Part shown: positions 56,525 through 64,000 of the stretch, piece by piece
How positions within the stretch are numbered: the stretch's first letter is position 1
Layout: every line of letters begins with the position of its first letter
Source: the human T2T-CHM13v2.0 reference genome, Homo sapiens
Strand: one strand, 5' to 3'
Assembly (NCBI RefSeq): GCF_009914755.1
Contig: NC_060925.1
DNA length: 64,000 nt
Notes under the pieces: generated by a model
What the model was told of the DNA's origin: nothing
Database searches by the model: none
The model's input: the letters and a program-made list of their open reading frames with translations, nothing else
Made by a program: the position numbers and the translations under genes

Positions 56525-56988
56525 TTTATTTATTCATTCTTGTATTAAACACACTGATTATGTATGGACACCATTCTAGGAAAAGGAGATACAGTGCTGA
56601 TTGGGGTACAGTACCTGTCCTGGAGGATTGAGTGGAATGCAGTGCAGGATGGACACATCATCACTTAGCTAACACTTTTATGGCCAGATAGAGTTAAGAA
56701 TAAAGCATAATTACAGATTTGGAAAGATAATCTGGTGCCTATATTGTATATTTTTAATACCCCCAGTGGAATCTCACACAGCCCTCCACAGCCACACACA
56801 ATTTTTTGGCAGCAAAATGCATGACTATTCTTACCAAATGGAGTAAGTTTGCACTAAATTTAACATTTAAAATACCTAGATTACAGGGATTTGGGGATGT
56901 TATGCTTGTAGATAAAGTGTTTGGATTTGTACAGTTTTCTATAATGCAGTATAAAGAAGGCAAAGGGAGGCAAATTGCCTTGGCACAC

Positions 56989-57021
<33 letters not shown>

Positions 57022-57290
57022 CAGAGTGTAATGGGGGAGTATTCCAATCTTGAGTATGGAGAACAGGCTTCCCAGAGCCCAAAAGCTAAGTGGGAGTTGG
57101 TCAGATGGAGGTAATAGGTTTTATAGGGAGGAGAAAGATGTTCCTGGCTGAAGCAGCATGATGTAGTAGGTGTGTAATGTGTAAAGTTCTCGGGAAAATG
57201 GCAGCACAATGTATCACTGAAACTTCCAAGTCTTGTGATGAATTGAAAGATGGGAAGTGTAAAAAGATGAGGCCACATCCACCCAAGTTG
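56525..57290 (-). mobile_element. Degenerate L2 fragments with (TG)(GA) STR
   Basis: ATTTATTCATTC...CACCATTCTAGG...CCTGTCCTGGAGG. Confidence 0.5.
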
Positions 57291-57879
57291 GAGAAATTAA
57301 GGGTAAGAAGTGCTAGGTCTTATTCCTGAATGAACTCTTCTTCTTCATTATCCTGAATGAAGGTCTTATTGCCTGGGCTGGCAAAGTTCCACCTCCTCAG
57401 TAACAGATCATGCTAACATCTCTAAGCTGCAAACAAGCTGCCTCCCAACTACAAGATGGCATTGCCATGAGCTAGCAACGTAGCTCATGAACCCAAACTT
57501 TCTCTCAGACTCAACACTGCCCTGCAAACTCTCCTTTCTGCTTTTCTAGCAACCTGGAACCACAGTTTTCCAACTATCTGCTTTACAACCAGGCTCTGAG
57601 ATAGACTTGTCATTTCAATGTCTTTATTGTCCAGAGTTCTAATTCATCCACTGCAGCTTACAACCATTGATGTATGTAATTCAGCACTTTAATCATCTTT
57701 GCAATTTTAATCATAGGGTTAAATGATTCAATTTTCCCGTCCACCCCATTCACTTATAAATATGCCAGGAACTGTGTTTGTAAGTTGAGTTTTGCACCCA
57801 TCTGCAAACATATTCTTCATTTACAATTTCATTTTTATTTTCAACATTCCCCCGCCGCTTTTTGAATTAAGTAGAAATA

Positions 57880-58095
57880 ATGGCAGCTGGTGCTACTTTT
57901 GGTGTTTGAACCTGAGTTAATCATGAATTCATCACTTGCTAACAGTAACATCAGGAAAATTATTTAACCTCTTAGATGATTTCTGCTTTTGTACAACAAA
58001 AATGTAAAAACACAAGATGTACCTCACTGGGTTGTGGTCAAGATGACCCAAGTGAAGTGCCTGACTCATGCTGGGTGCTCATTAGCGGCAGATCC
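57880..58095 (+). mobile_element. MIR
   Basis: GAACCTGAGTT...TCACTTGCT...TTATTTAACCTCT...GTACCTCACTGGGTTGT. Confidence 0.7.
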
Positions 58096-59016
58096 CTTCC
58101 ATAATATAAATACCCCCTCCCTTGTTCATTAGAGTATATTTTGTGTGGTTGTTAATGGTCATATTATCTCACTGGACTCATGGAATAAAGTTTCTTCTGA
58201 ATTATCTTGTGTCAATCAATTTGGGAGAAATTAGTTCCTCCAGTAGAAAACCAGAATTTGGTTGACAAATCTTGTACAGGTGGGTGTAGAAATTTTTATT
58301 TCCCTTTGATCTGCATTCCCCAGGATTTGGTCTTTTTAAAGACGAGTTTCTAAATATGGACTCCAGCCTAGTGGATAATATGCTTCCATAGGAGGTAGAT
58401 CAGGTAGATGGGAACATGCTTAAAGAAAGTCATGTCTGTTAAGTGAGATGATCTAATTCTGAGTTTACGTGCATGGCGCCCCCTGCAATTGGACAGTGCA
58501 CAGTTTATGCCACCATAATGTGGCAGTGTCACCTGGGCTTGTTAACTTTGTGTTATCCCTGAGGCTTTAGTAAAGTTTCATTTCACTGTCCTAGACTTGA
58601 GTTAGCTGTGCTAGAGGGAATGAAAGTAAAAGAAGGAGCATTAAATGAGAAACAATCCTCCATAAACCACCTTTCCAAAGCAGGTAGGTGGGAGCAAAGT
58701 TAATTAGTGAAGGAAGATGAAGAAAAAAACTTGGAAGACAAGGGTTGAGGTCATGAGTTATGGCTTCTCCTTCTTTTGTAAAGCCACTACTAGTCACAGT
58801 GTTAATATTTTTAGAGGCAGTTGTGCTTTCCTATTAAACATCTTCTTCCACAACTTTTTTCTTTTTAGTTCTGTGAGCATTTTCTCATCTGGATCCTGCT
58901 TCTAACAATGATCCTAAATAGGTTCTTTGAGGGAAGCTAAGTTTTTTGTTTTTGATAGAGACAATCTCTAACTCATGATCTTAGAGCTTACAAAAAGGGT
59001 AAAGAACTAACACGAT

Positions 59017-59428
59017 TGCTATGGTTCCAGTGTATATGTCCCTCCACAATTTGTATATTAAAACTTAATTGCCAATGTGATAGTATTAAAAGGTGGGGTA
59101 TTAAAAGTATTTTAATATTTGATAGTATTACAAGTATTTAATCACCTCGTAAAGAGGTGTAGCCTTATGAATGGGATGAATGACCTTATAAAAGATATAT
59201 AAGAGAGCTGATGTCTGCATTTGCACTTCCAGCCCATCTGCCATGGGAGGACACAGCTTTCAAGGTGCCATCTCAAAAGTAGAGATGGGGCCGTCTCCAG
59301 ACATAAAATCTGCTGGCACCTTGATCTCGGACTTCCCAGCCTCCAGAGCCATGAGAAATAAATCCCTATTCTTTATAAATTACCAAGTTTCAGGTATTTT
59401 GTTTTAGCCACATGAATAGACCAAGACA
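59017..59428 (+). mobile_element. MaLR solo LTR (MSTC/MSTD/MLT1A-like)
   Basis: TGCTATGG...CTGCTGGCACCTTGATCTCGGACTTCCCAGCCTCCAG...AAGACA; TSD ACGAT/GTGAT. Confidence 0.85.
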
Positions 59429-59913
59429 GTGATTTATCAACATCACATCTCTGTGCTCTCCTCAGCCTCCGACCTGCTTTATTATCTATGATTACTACAG
59501 TCTAGGAACGAGCACTACTGTTGTTATAAGAAATGTCAGCTCTTTAGGAACCTGGTGAGTGACCACAATGACTGGAATATGGCTACGCTCAGTGGAGCTT
59601 GCTGTCCTTCTGGAAGTGAATTCTGTTCTCTCAATTTCTATTCTGTGGAAATATTTCCAAGGAAGAGTTGGAGTTTTCCTCCGAAGTCCCTATGTATCCT
59701 GCACACATTTTTTTGGAGTTTTTCTCAGTAGCATAGAGTTCGAATAAATAAAACCTACTGTTGAGAAAAGATCCCGCATTCATAACTTTCTTTACTGTTC
59801 ATCCTATAAAATGGCGTATATCTTACTGCTCTCCCCAGTATAGCTCCATTTGTATACACAAATAAAAAAAGAAAATTAAAAACTTTATTCCACATGTTTA
59901 TTGTTATGCACTA

Positions 59914-60117
<204 letters not shown>

Positions 60118-60504
60118 TTACACATATTGTTTTATTTAATACAACCTCCCTATGATGAATAAACTCTTACTACTCTCAATACAGAGATGAGTGTCAAAGA
60201 ATTTAACTGCCCTACATAAGGTTAACAAGTAGTTGAGAAAGAGTTCAACCACATATCTAATTGATCCAAAGCCCATACTTTTAACTTCTATACTTATTCT
60301 AAATACACTACTGAAACAAAAATGATCTGAATTTAAATGCCTCTGTTTATTTGCATCAACAATTGAACTTGTTTGTATAAATGTTGTGGCATTGAACAAA
60401 ATTAAAAAGCTCCAAATGAAGCTCAGCCATACAGACTCCAGGTACCCATTCATTATACAATACATTTTTCTACCACTCAACATTCAAAGAAACATCCCTT
60501 TCCT

Positions 60505-60790
60505 GACTGGGCATGGTGGCTCACGCCTGTAATCCCAGCACTTTGGGGGCCTAGGCAGGCAGATTGCTTTAGCTCATGAGTTCAAGAGCAGCCTGGAAGA
60601 CATGGCAAAACCCCGTCTCTACAAAAGATACAAAAGTTAGCTGTGCATGGGTGGGATGAGGTGGGAGGGTAGCTTGAGCCTGAAAAGTGGAGCTTACAGT
60701 GAGCTGAGAGTATGCTACTGCAATCCAACCTGGGCAATAGAGCCAGACCTTCCCTGAGGAAAAAAAAAAAAAAGAAAAAAGAAAGAAAGA
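60505..60790 (+). mobile_element. AluJ with internal deletion in the right arm
   Basis: Left arm intact; right arm lacks the CCTGTAGTCCCAGCTAC segment. Confidence 0.9.
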
Positions 60791-61749
60791 AGTTTTCCTT
60801 TCTTTCAGTGGCAGCACATCTGAGCATTCTGCCTCTTCTTCTTCATTTCTTCTCTGCCCATGTCTTCTCTCCCCTCTTCCTCTGGGTATCTGGCACAAGG
60901 TCTCCTGGCTTGATGCAATGTGAAGTTCACTCCGGATTCAGTCACATCTGAGTCCTCGTAGTGAAGGCTTGAAGTGACTCTTCCAGGCTATACGTGCATG
61001 AGGAACCTAGGAAGCTATTGGCGGGGAAAAAACTAATCTAAGGAATTAGAGAGGCCTATAAAACTGTCCTGGTAACACTACCTCAGTCATTAAAGTAAGA
61101 TGCCAGAGAGAACAATTCTGAACACTGGAAGGTATTCCATGACTCTTTTCTTCCTTGGACTCAACTTCACGGCCTCCAGGCTGACTAGGGGGCAATTTAG
61201 GGTAGGTACAGGCTCTGCAAGTAGCTAGGTCCAAATGAATTGTTTTTACTCATATCTGTGAGACACAGAGTCCAAAGCAATGTGGTTTTTGGTACCCGGG
61301 GTCACAGTACAGGGAAAAAGATATGTGTTCACTGGTTGGCACTGATGCATGGAGGATTTGAGAAACCACGATGCTGCTTGGATCTATTAAGGCTTTGACT
61401 CATTAGCAGTACATAGGGCCTGGCTACGACAACTGTGACGGCAGGTCCCACTTACAGAGGTCAGGGGCAAAGGCCACAGTGGTAGTAGCAATGTTCCTAA
61501 TGCCCCAAGGCAGAACCCAGGGTGACCTGTCAGTGGAAGTGTGTGTCTCACTTCCTTGTGCACTTACACACGGCTTTGCTAGCAGGAGTGTGAGGGACTT
61601 ACAGACGGCTTTGCTGGCAGGGAGTGTGAGCATTCAAGAGGCACCATTTGCAATTATCTAGGGATAAGTATCATGCTCGGAGAATGGTTGGATGTTCTGC
61701 AGGACCTGAGAGGTGGGAAAGAAGAGAAGTGCTGCAGAAATGTTTGAGT

Positions 61750-61930
61750 TAGACATGTAACACTAACTTGCATAGTTATTCTCTTTGATCCTTACAAATA
61801 CCCACAGAAATTTGGGTTGTTATTTCCATTGTATTTGTGAGGGGGCTAAGGCTGGGTAAATTGTCCACGATCAAATAGCTGGTAAGTAATGGAGAGAAGA
61901 ATAAAACTTAGATCCTCTGACTTACCATTC
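61750..61930 (-). mobile_element. MIR
   Basis: TTTGATCCTTACAA...GCTAAGGCT...AGCTGGTAAGTAATGGAG. Confidence 0.65.
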
Positions 61931-63129
61931 TTTCCTGTAGCCTTCCTACTTTCCCAATCTCAGGAAAATTATTATCTTCAATAAATTGTGGGTTTTTTTT
62001 TTTTTTTACCAGCAAATTAGGCTTATGTAATCATACTTTTCCTTTTTACATTGACCATTAGAAATCTGAGTTGAATTTTTAAAAATTGTACTGACAATAT
62101 TAATCTAGTAAGTTGATATGTTTACCACAATTTTTTCCTAAAAATTTTCTAATTTCTGTTTTTCTTTTAACTGCTTTTTGTTATACCTCTCTTTTGTTGA
62201 AAGCCACTTCAGACCTTGGAAGCAAATGGGATATTCTCTTTACGTAAGCAGAGAAAGAAATCTGGAAACCAAACTTGCTACCTCCAGAGTGTGAATCAGA
62301 TTGGTCATTCCCAGAGAATAAACTGAGAAATTCCAAGTGAATTGGGAGATATCACATAAACTTTGATTTTTTTCCCATAGTCTTAATGAATTTTGCTGAT
62401 GTCTTGATATTCCCAATCTCCCCTTTTAATCAACGTTATGTGTTTGAGATAAGTTCGGCAGAGGTTGGAGGATCAGACCTTAGTCATAGAACACAGGAGA
62501 GAATATCTAACAGTCTAATAAATGCATATAAATTAAATACATACTGGGCAAACCACTCTAGATTTGAAGTATTAAAATCTGGGGAAGAATCACAGTTAAG
62601 CTGGTTGACTGGGCACTTCTTGACTTAATGAAAATTTGTCAGCAAAAGGCTACCATACGAGTTAGGGAAGGTGTACCTTAAGCATGTCTTGAATGGCATG
62701 ACTTTGTGGGTGAGGAAGATAGTGTTTGCTATGAAATAGTAACAGGAATAGACATGTCACACACAAGGGAAGAATAGCAGTTGTTCCTAACTAGAGCTTA
62801 CAGTATGGTCCAGGAAGGTGTGGAGTTGAGTTAGAAGTTCTAGGGGGAAGAGGAGAAGAGCTTAAAGAAAAAATAGGAGTTAGAAGTGCCTGTGATGAAC
62901 TCAAAGCAAAAGCCATCTGAGAATGGAAAATCTCATAAAGGAAGGATGAATAGGAGTAGGAAAAACCACTGAACCACCATTATCTACCAGACAGGTATAT
63001 CATCTATGCTTCAGAAGAAATCTCATCAAACATGCATGTCAGGACTGGGCTGTGAATTGCAATTAAAATATTTACACAGAGGGAGAAAACTAATTTTTTT
63101 AAATGATAATGTGATTCTGTGAGGGTGAT

Positions 63130-64000
63130 GACACTGGTGGTAGTACAGACTTTGGATCTTCCTGAATTCCCACCTGAAAATAGAAAAAGCAAATAGCAAG
63201 CAAGCCAGCGAAAACATGGAAAGCATTTACAACATAATGAGATGTCAAAGTAGCCCCATGAATTCCAAAATACAAGCAGTTGGGGATTAATGGTCAACAG
63301 CCAGAAGACGGTGTGATATTGACATTGTGCAGGAAAAATAAAAAAGGAAGCAGTGGAGGTTCAGATAGACCTGGGAGGAGGAGAATCCCTAAATAGCTAA
63401 AAGATATTCACCAGAAAGTAATGCAGACAATTTGAATTTAGCAGGGTTTCACGGTTCCACAAACAGGTAAGTGCAGGGATCTCTGCTAATTTCTCAAGGG
63501 GTAGACATATAACCTAGTCCCTGTGAACTTTTGATCGTAGCCAGCCAGGACAGCGCTCCATGACAGGGTGCCAGACTTACTGGGGGCAGAGCCTAAATTA
63601 CTTGGGGCAGAATTAAAATGTACCAGCATAAACAACAAAGAAAAGGGAAGGTTTCCATGAAAGTCACATGGGAAACAGAGCCCTCTAGCTCCAACATTTC
63701 ACAGAAGCAACAGAAGAGGGAGCTCTGTAAGCTTAAAAACAATAATAAAAGCTAACCAAACCAATTTATTTGCCTAAAAGTGCAAATAAATTAACTTCGC
63801 AGGAAAATAAACAACAGAAAAGTATAAAAGTCAAATATCACACAGAATTAAGATAATAAAAAAGAGAGTAAGAATCAGAATAACACCTCTACAGACAATG
63901 AAATCATGCCAGAGACATGTTCCAAGAATGGATTAAAGTTTTAATATACTATTTTAAAACAATTAAAAGGAATTTTTAAAAGTACATTATACAATACACG
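63130..64000 (+). mobile_element. Ancient L1M/HAL1 5' region (runs off the window)
   Basis: A-rich strand with the look of an L1 5'UTR-to-ORF1 transition; highly diverged. Confidence 0.45.

Noticed and set aside
56754-57278. 174-aa minus-strand ORF
   Set aside because: Non-ATG start, crosses a (TG)(GA) microsatellite and L2 relics, and has no recognisable domain

Overview
This is primate (human-like) non-coding genomic DNA, either intergenic or a deep intron. It is AT-rich, CpG-depleted and heavily covered by interspersed repeats. It contains about 17 Alu copies or fragments (AluJ, AluS and one AluY right arm). It also holds a 6.7-kb L1 of the L1PA15-17 (L1P4) age class with a 5'UTR and decayed ORF1/ORF2, older L1M, L2 and MIR relics, many solo LTRs (MST, THE1, MLT1, MLT2, MER21, LTR33, LTR40, MER61-like) and DNA-transposon fossils (Tigger2, MER2, MER3, MER58, MER104). 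I cannot support any intact protein-coding gene, RNA gene, CpG island or CRISPR/prokaryotic system. The listed ORFs mostly derive from Alu, L1 or microsatellite sequence or look like chance ORFs. The most notable structures are: (1) a roughly 10-copy 113-bp tandem monomer array in the L1 5'UTR; (2) a 59-bp dispersed duplication of non-repeat sequence 3620 bp apart; (3) an unassigned ~0.6-kb insert inside an old L1; (4) a tail-less Alu fragment in a Tigger2 element; (5) an Alu with a duplicated Pol III B-box; (6) several perfect short hairpins; and (7) a candidate conserved enhancer. Repeat family names come from recalled consensus motifs rather than a RepeatMasker run, so subfamily calls and the edges of old repeats are approximate.
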